A DNA stretch of 63,591 bases, counting the filler, from Cercozoa sp. M6MM (Eukaryota > Protista > Endomyxa: Ascetosporea), in assembly GCA_040357565.1 (NCBI GenBank). It is 8 parts of 8 records of this genome, joined end to end, with 100 filler letters (N's around TTAATTAATTAA, not from the genome) between each part and the next. Parts side by side here need not be neighbours in the genome. Positions count along the whole stretch, not along the records: positions 1 to 14,842 come from JBDODJ010000320.1; 7 more parts are not named here. One strand, 5' to 3'. Of the stretch, positions 1 to 11,447 are shown in pieces. The notes beneath the pieces are model-generated. The model was not told the origin of the DNA. It saw only the letters and a list, made by a program, of their open reading frames with translations, and ran no database searches. The translations under genes and the position numbers were made by a program. Positions within the stretch are counted from its first letter, which is position 1. Each line of letters begins with the position of its first letter.

Positions 1-440
1 TGAACGAACTGCAGTGTGACTGGTATGATCTCTGCTATTCACTAGGCAGTACGTAGGCCCCCCCCCCCCCCGCGGGGGGGGGGTCACAATCCTGGACGCC
101 GATGACGTCGTGGCCGACGGTCTGGTGCGCACGGTGCGCGCCGAGGCACTGCAGCTGAGGTCGCAAGGCTTTGAGGCCGCCGTGCTGGGCGCTCCTCGTC
201 TGGCGCACCTAATCATCGGCTTCGGCCGCTGTCAGGTCGTGGATCGGCCCGAACGGTATTATTCTGGGTGGTCCGTCGGACAGACGATTATTGCGAGCAA
301 TGAAGTCGTTCACACCGCCTTGATGGACAAGGAGAATAACTTTAATGTATGTTTCCGCTTGTAGCTAGGGTGTCACACACACGCACACACGCACACACAC
401 ACGCACACACACACACACGCACACACCACACAACACACAC

Positions 441-492
<52 letters not shown>

Positions 493-502
493 NNNNNNNN
501 NN

Positions 503-559
<57 letters not shown>

Positions 560-1320
560 ACTGTTTGTGCAGTTGCTGACGCTGTGGGGCCACACGCAAC
601 TACTGCAACTGGTGCGAGAACGAGTGCTAACAGCAAAAACGAAATGCTCCGCTGTGACACGCTTGGTTGCTTTGCTCTTTGTGCTGCTTTGTGCTTGCCG
701 TGTGCTTGCCGTGTGCTTGATGACTGGTTCCTTTTGTTGCTTCACAGATGAAGGAGCAGTCCAAGATGCTACCGAAAGACGAAGAGGAGCTGCGCAAGTA
801 CATGGCCATCGACGACTTCAACGCACAGCTCACAGGTGTCAAGATGATCAACAAGCGCGGCCTAGGCGTCTACATGGCCACGCCGTTGTCGAGTCACTAC
901 CCGTGGAAGCTGCTCGAGTCCTTTCCCGCGTGTGATGGCAAGTTCCAACCCTCTCTATCTCTTGTGTACACCTACCAGCGTGTCCGTACAGAGCAGCAAC
1001 GAGTCAAAGTGAAACAGGCCGCCGCGCACTACGGGTTTGACGTCGGCGCGATCGACTTTGATCGCATTCTCAACGAGGCCGACAGCGGCCTGGCTCCCAT
1101 GGACGCCTGTCTCTCCAACAGTACCACTATCTCTTTGTCGGGTGTTGCTGCCTCTTCAGTTGAATCACATCACTCTCTCTTTTGTTTTGCTTCCCGTGCA
1201 GTGCACTTTGTGCACTCACAGTACAAGGACTACAGACTCTTCAAGAACTACGAGTCCGAGTGCAGCGAACTGGAGGACATCCACATTCCTGTGGTTGACG
1301 ACTGGTTGGAAAGACACTGA
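1..1320 (+). CDS. 5'-truncated multi-exon protein, possibly glycosyltransferase-like (DADD motif)
   Basis: Exons read ..WVTILDADDVVADGL..ENNFN|MKEQSK..N|MHFVHSQYKDY..WLERH* with high GC3. Introns at about 348-747 (CA-rich), 938-991 (GC-AG) and about 1121-1202. The family call rests only on the DxD-like motif. Confidence 0.5.
375..560. repeat. (CA)n microsatellite in an intron; many similar CA/TG, CT/AG and TACA tracts occur in introns across the window
   Basis: Direct. Other examples: 4476-4523, 19079-19123, 23216-23284, 24500-24590, 25860-26085, 27990-28230, 29418-29502, 39184-39286, 42940-43014, 47489-47541. Confidence 0.95.
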
Positions 1321-1417
1321 CCGCGCGCGACCGCGAATCAAACTAAATTTAAACCAAACCACCGTACGTTTAATGGCGCAGTCAAACGAAACTTATGGTA
1401 TCTGAGTTTTGGGAGAT

Positions 1418-2356
1418 TTATGCAACGCGCGCATGGGTCTTCCAGAAGTCCACCGAGGCGCGATAGGCGGCCTCTTGGATCGGCACGCCGCTGCCGCCGT
1501 ACTCGCGACCAAGCGCGTTTCTCATGACCGTGATCGGCTCCATCGGCAGTTCGTGGTCCACATGCTGCGCCTTGATTGAAATGATGCCCCAGGGTGCGTC
1601 CTGCTCCTCCGTGGCCGTGGCGTCCGGCAGCGCGGCCTGCTCCTTGCGGATTTGCTCGCGCGAGTACAGAATCACATCTGCCAAAACCAAAAATATCAAA
1701 AAACCAATATAAAAAATCACTGCACAAGAGTCCACAGTTTGCCAAGTTACCGAGGTAAGTAGCCTCAGGAAGCAAATGGGCCACGTCTGCGCGCTCGAAC
1801 CACCGCGACTAAAGCACCCAAGCTCCAGTCGTTTAAACATTAAAGGCAAGGCGAAAAGGCAAGATGAAGGGAATACCAGGACAGGCAGTTCTTCTGCGCG
1901 GCGAGCCACGTAGTCTGACCGCAGAAAGGGCTGTGTTTCTTCCGTGATGGCAAGCGCACCGGTCTGAACCAAAAAGCCATCGAATCAATGATCATTATAA
2001 ACAGGGTTTCAAGTTGGCACCTTCAGTCCAGCGACAAAGTTCGGCACAAAAACGTGCTTGCAGAACGGAGCATAACCGTCCTTCAAGCATGCCTCTAGAC
2101 CTATAAAAGCCAATTTTTGACGACAACTTCACTGGCGCAAAAGAACAACGAATACCGCCATTGGCTTCAATGTACTCATTGACGCGTTTCTCGAACTCCT
2201 CCGGCGACATCTCAATGTGCTGGCATTTCTTTGACGACTCGCCAAACTGACGCAGCGCGAAACTGTACAAAAAGAAACAGTGCATCTTGAAGGCTACAGG
2301 AATTTCTGGTCTCCTAATCTCGATTACCTGTCCATCACGATGGCGTGCGACGACAT
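1418..2356 (-). CDS. DUF3228 family protein (multi-exon)
   Basis: Spliced translation MSSHAIVMDSFALRQF..DGYAPFCKHVFVPNF..YVARRAEELPVL..DVILYSREQI..PWGIISIKAQ..ELPMEPITVMRNALGREYGGSGVP carries the characteristic family motifs. Confidence 0.85.
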
Positions 2357-2692
2357 GTTGCCAAACTGCACTCTGGTCACAGCTTTTACTCTGCACACTG
2401 ATCTAAAAACGGCAAACATGCCCGGACGCACACGCAGGCGCTCGCAGAACGTTCTGGCTAGGATGCCGGCTACACTTTATGAAAATAAGGAAACGAAACA
2501 CGAGCAGGTTCCGCAGGCCTGGAGCACTCGGAACGTCTTCAGTCACGGAGACAGTCTAGTACAGTGACGCAAAGGTGCGTTTGCACTGCTTTAGGAGCAG
2601 CTCCTGCGTCCATTTTTGGTTTTTGTTTGGCACTTGACAGACCTTTCAATCGAGGGCGATCGCAGTGGGAAAAACGTGCTTGTGTTGTGCAG

Positions 2693-4472
2693 ATGTCGGC
2701 AATCCACTCAATCAACCCGGAGGCCGACGTTATCTCGCGCAACCATGCCCTTACGCTGAACATCGGAGCTGCCAACGCTATGAAGGTAATCTGTCGCTTT
2801 TTTGCAGTTTCAGCGCCAACTTCCAATGAGTTTACTCTCGTTGTGTTAACTCGTTGGATAAAACTTTGCCTGCTTTTGCTTTTCTGCCAGGTCGAAGTTT
2901 TCTTCCCTTTTCGCAAATTAAATTGATTGAGTTGCTTTGCTGTGTTTGCAGGCGCTGGTGTCGAGCAACCTGGGTCCGAGCGGCACGCTGAAGATGCTGA
3001 TCGGTGGCGCAGGCCAGATCAAGCTCACGAAGGTACAAGCTTCCTTGCTGGAGAATATAGACCGTCGGCTGCTCACGTGTTTGTGTGCGTTGTTGTTCTT
3101 GGAACAGGACGGCAGCGTGCTGCTGCGTGAGATGCAGATCCAGCACCCGACGGCCTCGTTGATCGCGCGCACGGCCGTGGCGCAGGACGACATCACGGGC
3201 GACGGCACGACGTCCTCGGTGATCTTCACGGGCGAGCTGCTGCGACAGGCCGAGCGCTACATTTCCGAAGGTACCTGCCATTCCTTTGCTGTGTTGTTTT
3301 TAGCTTTAACCCCGCGGATGTAGGTCTGCACCCGCGGGTGGTCGTTGACGGTTTTGACCTGGCTCGCGATCACGTTGTCGAACTGGTGCGTTTCTTCACA
3401 GCTGCTCAACTGCTGTATTGAGATATCACACACACACGCACACTTTGTGTAGTTGAACGAGTGGAAGGAGCGTTTCAACTTCGATGTGCACGGGTACCAC
3501 ATATGCCTATGTTCCCTCTGCTTCTTTACCCCCTCTGGGTGCAGCGAGAACGTGGACCGCGAGAAGCTGCGCGCAGTGGCGCGAACGTCGCTTGCGACGA
3601 AGCTGCACTCGGACCTGGCCGAGCTGATGACTGATGCTGTGGTACCCTGACTCTCTCTACCCTTCACTTCTTCATTCCGCCCCCCCCCCCCCGCCCGACA
3701 GGTGGACGCAGTGCTGTGCATTCGTCGTCGCGATCCGCGCGACGAGTCACGTTTCTTGCCTCTCGATCTGTTCATGATCGAGGTGCAGAGCATGAAGCAT
3801 CGCACTGACCTCGACACGCGTCTCGTTCGTGGCCTGGTACAGAGTTTTGCATGCTTACCCTTCTATACCCCTATGTATACGCATCAAGTAGGTCCTGGAT
3901 CATGGTTTCCGACACCCTGGCATGTCCAAGGACAACAAGAAGGTAGCTTTCTCTTCTGCATCCCATTCGTGTTTTATCTATACCCTCCTATCGCAGGTGT
4001 TTATCTTGACGTGCAACGTGTCGCTCGAGTACGAAAAGACCGAGGTCAACTCGGGCATCTTCTACAACTCGCCCGAGGAGCGCGAGCGCATGGTCCGCGC
4101 CGAGCGTATGCACGTGGACAACAAGGTGCGCCAGATCATCGCGCTCAAGGAGCAGGTGCGTTTTACCCCTACCCCATTTACCCCTACCCTTACCCACTTA
4201 TCCCTGTAGGTGTGCCAAGGCGAAAACGAGGACTGCTCTTTCTGCGTGGTCAACCAGAAGGGTAACTTTTACCCCACCCCTTCCCCCCCCCCCCCCCGAT
4301 GTGTGTAATTGTATGTGTATGACAGGCGTCGACCCGCTGTCGCTCGATATGCTGAACCGTGCCGGTATGAGTGACTATACCTGCATCCCCCTACCTCTAC
4401 CTCCCTCTCCAGGCATCGTGGCTCTGCGTCGTGCCAAGCGTCGCAACATGGAGCGATTGCAGCTTGCTTGCG

Positions 4473-4527
<55 letters not shown>

Positions 4528-5547
4528 TGGTGAATCCCGGTCCATTTGTAACGCCCGTTTGTAACGCCGGTTTGAATGCAGGCGGTCGTGCTGTGAACTC
4601 GCTGGACAACCTGACGCCAGAGGTGCTGGGCTACGCTGAGCACGTCTACGAGCAGGTGCTGGGCGAGGACAAGTTCACCTTCGTCGAGGGGTACTTCTGT
4701 TGCATTTACCCCCCCCCCCCTGGACTTAACTTGCCTTGTGCCTCAGGTGCCGCCATCCGCACTCATGCACGCTGCTTGTCAAGGGGTACTTTACTGTTTG
4801 GCCCACGCTGTTTGACCCCTCGCTGTTTGACTCCTCGCCCCTTATTCACTCCTGCCTGCATGCAGACCGACGGACCACGCAATCGCGCAGATCAAGGACG
4901 CTCTGCGCGACGGTGAGCGCGCCATCAAGAACGTGCTTGATGACGGCTGTGTGGTGATCTTTGCTCCCTTTCCCCCCCCCCCCCCCCATGTTACTCTTTG
5001 TCGCGTAGATCCCGGGTGCTGGTGCTTTCGAAATTGCTGCCCATCAGGTAGTCTTAGTATCTGTTACTCCCCCTCGCTGTGTTACACTCGCGTGTAGAGT
5101 CTGCGCGAGTTCAAGCGCTCGCTGCGTGGCCGCGCCAAGATCGGCGTGCAGGCCTTTGCTGATGCACTGGTAGACTGGGCTTTTACCTCCCCTCCCTCGT
5201 CCCTGTTACCTGCTTGCCTTGCAGCTCGCGATTCCGAAGACGCTGGCGCAGAACGCCGGCCACGACGCGCAGGAGACCATTGTGTCGCTGCTTGATGAGG
5301 TAGAGACCCTGCCTTTTTCTTGCCTCTCACACACCTTGACCTTTTGGTGGCACAGGCCGAGGATGCGCCGGAGGACAGTCCCGTTGGCATCGACCTCACG
5401 AGCGGCCAGATCTCGTCGCCTGTCGACGAGGGCATCTGGGACAACTTCTGCGTGAAGCGACAGATCGTGCAGCTCGGCGCCATCATCGCCAGCAAGCTCC
5501 TGCTCGTCGACGAAGTCATCCGTGCCGGCCGCCAGATGGGCAAGTAA
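2693..5547 (+). CDS. CCT6: T-complex protein 1 subunit zeta (chaperonin CCT6), 19 exons
   Basis: Motifs [81 protein letters not shown]. Removing 18 GT-AG introns (48-166 nt) leaves a 1647-nt in-frame CDS. Confidence 0.97.
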
Positions 5548-5911
5548 GCCGACTATCTGGAGCCACCCAGGCGATCTGCTCACTTCAGCTTGATTAGCAG
5601 TGATATCGATCGATTATAGACGACTGTACGTCATTTAAGAGGCATTCAGATTAGACTGGACGAACTACTGCGAATGAGACTACGCGGAGAAGCTATTGTG
5701 ACGTACGGTGAACCGAACTTGCAGTAGCACGTCGTTGTTTTCCCAAACTCAACTCCAGTACTGAGTATATTAAGTGGAGGTAATTAACAGAGCACATGGC
5801 TGGGCACTGCTGGCACCACGGCAATGGCGCGCTGCAGACGCAGCTCGAGCAGCCGGCGGAAGATCTGGCGCGCGATACTTTCGATGACCGAGGTCGTTAA
5901 ATGCGACGGCG

Positions 5912-6843
5912 CTACATGTGAATACGTTCGCGCTTGGGACTCACGGCGCCGCGAACAGCAGCCTCCTAAAATTGCAGATGCATCGACCTGAGACTGAGGG
6001 CCAAAGTAAAATTGATACGTTGCCGATCTGGCAGCCCACACATGGGCCGCAGCAGCAGCCCAGCAAGAAGTCTGCGATCCACGAGCCTTCGATACCGTAA
6101 GCGCGTCGTAAATGGTTCCTTGCTATCGCAGGCCTGAGCGTTGTAAAATTTGCTGACAGTACACTAGGGTCGGCCATAGTGATACAGTATGGATGCAGTA
6201 TGACATGACGATATATGAAGAAAGCACTCACGTCAAGCAGCAGCAAGTCGTTGCGACACCGCGTTTGTCGAACTTGCTCCTGCAAATTAAGCACAGAACC
6301 ACCTCTTTAAACTCTCTTCACAGATTATGTACTGTAGCTGCAGAAGTGGTACATAGCATGCGCAATAGAGATTTGCGTGCCGCACACATAGTTGCCAGGA
6401 CAGAGAACGAGCCATAGCACGTTAGACAAACAGTGGAGACGACCGAACGGATGCGCGAGACACGAGCACAGACCACTGCTCCAACCTGGGTTTGCTAATC
6501 TCCTCTTATTGTTCTTCTTGTTCTTCTTTTTCTTCTTCTTGTTCTTCGCCTTCCTGCTTTTGCTGTGGGCGGACCTGCTGTCCTTGCCGCCGTGGATACT
6601 GACGTTACCCCGCACACTACTGCTGTGACTTCTGTTAGCACCACCACGTAGACTACTTGAGTTTGTCCGCGTTGCCTCCTCAAAGGAGGCAATGCTCGTC
6701 AGCGGAGTCGTTTCGCTTCCTGTGTCGTCCAATTCCAGTTCGCTGCTCCGAGTACTCGAGGCGGAAGTATCGCTCGTGTGGCCACCATTCTCACTCAGGT
6801 CGGTACTTCCACTGTGTGTGCAACTACTAGACGTGGTGGACAT
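5912..6843 (-). CDS. PLAC8/cornifelin family Cys-rich protein with S/T-rich and K-rich N-terminus
   Basis: WSSGLCSCL..CPG, then RNHLRRAYGIEGSWIADFLLGCCCGPCVGCQ. The exact last exon is uncertain. Confidence 0.8.
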
Positions 6844-7285
6844 GCTTCAGCATCTGCAATGCAGCGGTTTCAATCAACAGAGCATTGCTCGTACTATACA
6901 GAATTCGTCGGAATCCCGAGCCGTCGGTCGGACCCCAATACCTCGTCGTCCAACGATTTAAATCGATGGGGTCAGTAAAATACGGACGCAGTCAAAACGT
7001 TGCACTACAGCTACTGTAGTTAGTTAGTTTCCTCTACTAGAAGACCGTAGCTAGTTTTAGTTCTGTTAGTACGCAGTACACAGCACGCCTGGAGCAACCG
7101 ATCAACCTGGGTTCATCCCCGCATACCTGAGTCAAGTCGGAGACTGCACGTGCATATCTGAGTCAAGTCTGTAACAGCATGGTAACAACTTGGACGTATA
7201 CCTAGTAGCCTACTAAACAAAAGTGGATTCTCTCGCATCGTTTCGTTTAGGTCGACTCGACTCGACTTGACTCGTCCACATCAGT

Positions 7286-10200
7286 TTAGTAGTCGCGGTG
7301 GTAGGAGCCTGAGTTGTCGCGCCGGTTGTTGTAGCCGCCGCCGTAGCCGTTGTTGCCGCGACGGTTGTTGTAGCCACGCTGATGACCACGCTGATGACCA
7401 CGGTGGTTGCCACGCTGATGACCACGCTGATGACCACGGTGGTTGCCACGCTGATGGCCACGGTGGTTGTTGTAGCCACTGTCGTCGTAGTCACCTTGCT
7501 GCTGGTATTCGTCCTGCTGGTGCTCGTACTGCTGCTGGTCTTGCTGCTCGTCGTGTTGCTGTTGGTGTTCCGACTGCTGCGACACGTTCGACTGTTGTCG
7601 CTGCTGTCGCTGCTTGATCCACTGGGCGCGCTTGTGTGCCTACGGGGGGGGGGGGGGGGGGGCTAAACACCTCTAGGTGGAAAGAGCACCGACAAACCTT
7701 GTGCGTCTGCGGCGGCGGCACGCGACGCAGCCACGCGAAAGTCGACTCGACGTGCAGGTCACGGTCAGTCACCACACTGTCCGTGTAGACTACACACCGC
7801 ACACATTCCTTTATACTAACGCTCCCCCTGTCCCCTGGTACCACTCATGTCGGCCGTGCCGTCAGACAGGGCGACACAGGGCGCACGCGGCGCCTGCGAC
7901 TGAATCTGCGTCTTCTTGCACTTGTCGTACGGCTGCCAGGCCGACTGTACAGAGGCACAGAGTACAGTACACAGTGTGCACTAACTGGACAAATTAAGGA
8001 AGCGACACACGAGGGCCATACCGAAGGATCACCGAGTGCGTGCTTGGGTCGCTGGATCCAACGCTGCTGCACAGCGTGCTCGATGCCGTCGGAAGCTACG
8101 TCGCGCTTCAGCAGCTTGCGACATGCAATCTGGGCCTGTTCAGGTGGGGTAAGGGTAGTACTGAGGGTAGGACAGTACATAAGGTAGGCATAGGGTAGTG
8201 TAGGTGTGGTGTGTAGGGTAGCAAAAATAGGGTAGACATAGGGTAGGACCGGTTAGTATACAGAGTAGTATAAAGATAGCAAAAGAGCAATACATGTAGT
8301 AGCACATAAGGATAAATGTGGGCAACTACCGCAAGGCAACGCAACGTGAGTTCGTGCGGACCGTGAGTCACAACGAAGGGTGTCGAGTGCACCGACAAAA
8401 CACACACGGCGTCCTTCTCGCCTGCCGTCGCTTTGCCGAGATTCACCGTGGTCTCGCCATCTGTGCAGACACAAGCATTTACCTCTCTCTTCACCCCTGT
8501 TTACCCCCCCCCCCAGAAGAAAGCTACCGGTGCCAACGGCGTCCTCGACGCGCTTGCCTTCGATTTCGAAAGTGATGGCGCGACGCACGTCGTCAAACGT
8601 GTCCACAAGTGCCGACTCGGCCAGTGCGCGCGGACGACTGACACCCCACAACGTAGCCTTAACTAAACATGACATACACCAGTACAGCAGGGTACCTGCG
8701 CTTGCGTCGTGAGTGCTCCGACTCGAGTTTCTCGTGTGCTGCGGGGAGAGAGAGAGAGAGAGGGGGTAGAGGGGCAAGGAGGGGCATAGAGGGTGTAAGG
8801 ATAGGGGGGCTACCCTTCTTGCGACGCAGACGGTGCGTGGCCAGCGTGCGCAACTCGTCGAGCCACATGGTCGGGTCGCTCTGCCGCGCGCGATTGAGCG
8901 CGCCAACGCAGCCGACCGACGTGGCCAGCGTCGCCTGCTTGAGTGCCTGCACCAGCGACGGCATGCGCAGCGGCGTCTCCTCGCACGCCTTCTCGGCCTC
9001 GATCAGCACGTGCAATGCTATCACACACGAGGTACTTGGTGTACCTAGAAGTACGATCTATAGGATGTAAGATAATAAAGGGTACCACGTGCACATGCGA
9101 TCTCGGTGGCCATGTAGCGCGACGGAGCGAAACCCGCGGCCACATCGGCACTGGAGGTATCACACACCAGTAAAAACTGCAGGCATCAAGATACCAAAGC
9201 TAAAGTACCCCCAGCCAAAGCGCACAACGCAGCAGTAAACGGCATTGTTGGACGAGTCCGCCTTCTGCGCCAGCGGCGGCAGCGACTTGTCCTCGCGCAG
9301 ACGCGCCGCCAGTCGCTTGCGCAGCAGCCACGTCGGCAGCGAGCGCTCCGACACCGCAAAGTGACCCGCGCGGAACACACGCGTCACTGCAATGAATCGC
9401 TTTCGCGCTGCACACAAGACAAAAGAAATAAAGAAAAAGCAAAAATAAAAGTAAAAGCCAGGCAAAAATAGAAGTAAAAGCCAGGCAAAAATAGAAGTAA
9501 AAGCCAGGCAAAAAGAGGACAAAAGCCAAAGACAAGCTACTCGACTCGTCGGTGCCACACGCGTTGCGCAGAGTCGCCAGACGCTCCAGCAACAGTCCGC
9601 GGAAACTCACAAACTGGCGCGACACGCGCATCACATTTGCGAGCAGCGCCGGCGTCCACAGGTTGTGCACGAAGCTCGTGCTACAGACCACAGATCACAC
9701 TTCAAGAGAGCCCCCCCCACCCCACACGGTTCAAGTCAGCAAATACCTCTGCTTGAGCGGGTCGTAGCCAGAGGTGGCTGCCTTGAGGAAGCAGCATGCC
9801 ACTAGTGCCTCAACCACATCGCCTAGCACCTTGTCGCCGTCCAGATGCGTGCAGAACTATACAAAGTGACTTTATTTTAAATGAACCGAAATGTCCGAAA
9901 ACAAGAAGCAAAACAAAACAAAAACACACCTCCTTGCCGGTCGTAGGCCAGCGCACGAGTGTGTGGATGTTGTGCTTCAGTGCACACCAGCGCTGGCACG
10001 CATTGCTACCGAGTCGCTTGACGTGACGCTCAGCACCCTAAAACCAGAATCACTTTTTTGCAACCCCTTCCCATAAAGCATCACAGCAAGCAGAGCTACC
10101 TCACGCCAGTTGCTCTTGAGTTGCTGCTGCGAGAGAGAGCGATGCGCCACCAAGGTGTACACGGCATCGCCAAGGTACTCGAGACGCTCGTAGCTGCGGC

Positions 10201-11100
10201 GCTTGTCGTCCACGGCCGAGGAGCGCGGCGGCGTCAGCGCCAGCGCGAGCAGCGACTCGTCCACCTGACCGAGCGGACGCAGCACCTTGGCGTGCCCGTC
10301 GGCGAGCGGCAGTTCCTCGAGCTTCTTGACCTTTTCTGCACATATGAGACACACCAATAGACCTAGGTTTATTTAAGTGAACTGAACACGAAAATAAAAC
10401 ACGACAAATGAAACGAGAGAACGAGAGCCGTAGAAAGGTCAAAGTTTACGCTTGCGAGCGAACGGAGCGAGCCAGAGTGCAGCAACTCGACGCGAAGAAG
10501 CCACCGAATAGCGCACAGCACGCTGGATCAGCGAGAAAGACGCCTTCTTGGACTGGGAACATTAAAGCAGAATCAACATACTGACACAGAAAAACGAAAA
10601 AGTATCCAAGAGTACCACGGCCAGAGCGCCAAGCAGAAGCAAAAACTCGCGTCGCATCGCAGCTTCGTCGAGTTCCGGCGAACGAGGGATCACTGCGCGC
10701 GCCATGCGAGCCTGTACAAACAGTCCAGTCATAAAGCAATAGGGGAGGATGGAGGATGGAGGAAAGCGAGCAAGGGTCAGAAGTACCACAACGCAGACGC
10801 GCGTGAGGCGATGAACGTGCGCAGTGAGATTGACGTCGTTCGGATAGGCCTCAAAGCAATGCCATGCGGCAACACACAGCAGCGCGGCCTCACCACACTT
10901 CATCAGCGTGTCAGTCGCCATGTTGTTGAGCTCTTTCGGCGTCAGCTTCTTCAGCGACGCCTCCTCGCCCAGCAACGTCAGGAAGTGCCAGAAGCGACGG
11001 CGCAGCGTGTCCGCCGCGCTGTACTCGCCCGGCACACGACTCTGCATCCGACGTTTCTCTACACAATTCGACACATCACTCACCCACGAAGAGGGGTATT
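7286..11100 (-). CDS. Compact Dicer/Drosha-like protein: degenerate RNase III, intact RNase III, two dsRBD-like segments, Q/RG-rich tail
   Basis: Intact motifs SYERLEYLGDAV (about 10160-10195) and DKVLGDVVEALV (about 9800-9836). The upstream degenerate copy reads DTLMKCGEAAL..CFEAYP and RREFLLLLGAL. The exons traced join in frame and lead to TAA at 7286. The start codon is uncertain (up to about 11310). Confidence 0.8.
9441..9509. repeat. 23-bp tandem repeat x3 in an RNase III gene intron
   Basis: Unit AAAAATAGAAGTAAAAGCCAGGC, which reads GCCTGGCTTTTACTTCTATTTTT on the sense strand. Confidence 0.9.
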
Positions 11101-11447
11101 AATTTTAATCATCGCGCAAGCCTCACTAGAGCTGGGCAGTGTCTCACATATAGTAGAAAACGCACCGATCCCTACGAGCAGCACACGGAACCCTAGCAGT
11201 CGCGACAGGCAGTTAAAAACCGAGTATGATTTTTTTAATATTTGTTCCAACGCTCCCTTAATCACACGGTTTTGTGCAGCTCTTGCACAAGAAGTTTCAC
11301 TCGAGCGCCATTGAAGGACAAGTTTCGGTGCACAACGTATCCCCAGACTCATACAGACCACCACGGTGTTTCTGACAGCAGCGGTGCGTCGATCAAGCCA
11401 GAGCGACCAAACCAGCAAAATTTGAAGAAAGCAGACAAGGCCAAAAA

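Noticed and set aside
58-83. Poly-C/GCG/poly-G inverted tract with no AG acceptor before the next exon (possible non-canonical intron end)
   Set aside because: Most simply a sequencing error after a homopolymer near a contig end; similar garbling occurs at 15965-16055 and 45080-45153.
342-745. ORFs reading HTHTHT/CVCVCV or LSLSLS/RERERE
   Set aside because: Translations of intronic dinucleotide microsatellites.
2693-5547. Possible stop-codon reassignment or frameshifting suggested by the fragmented ORF track
   Set aside because: In the genes I traced fully (CCT6, DECR2, SDR, CENP-S) every interruption resolves as a short GT-AG intron with the standard code.
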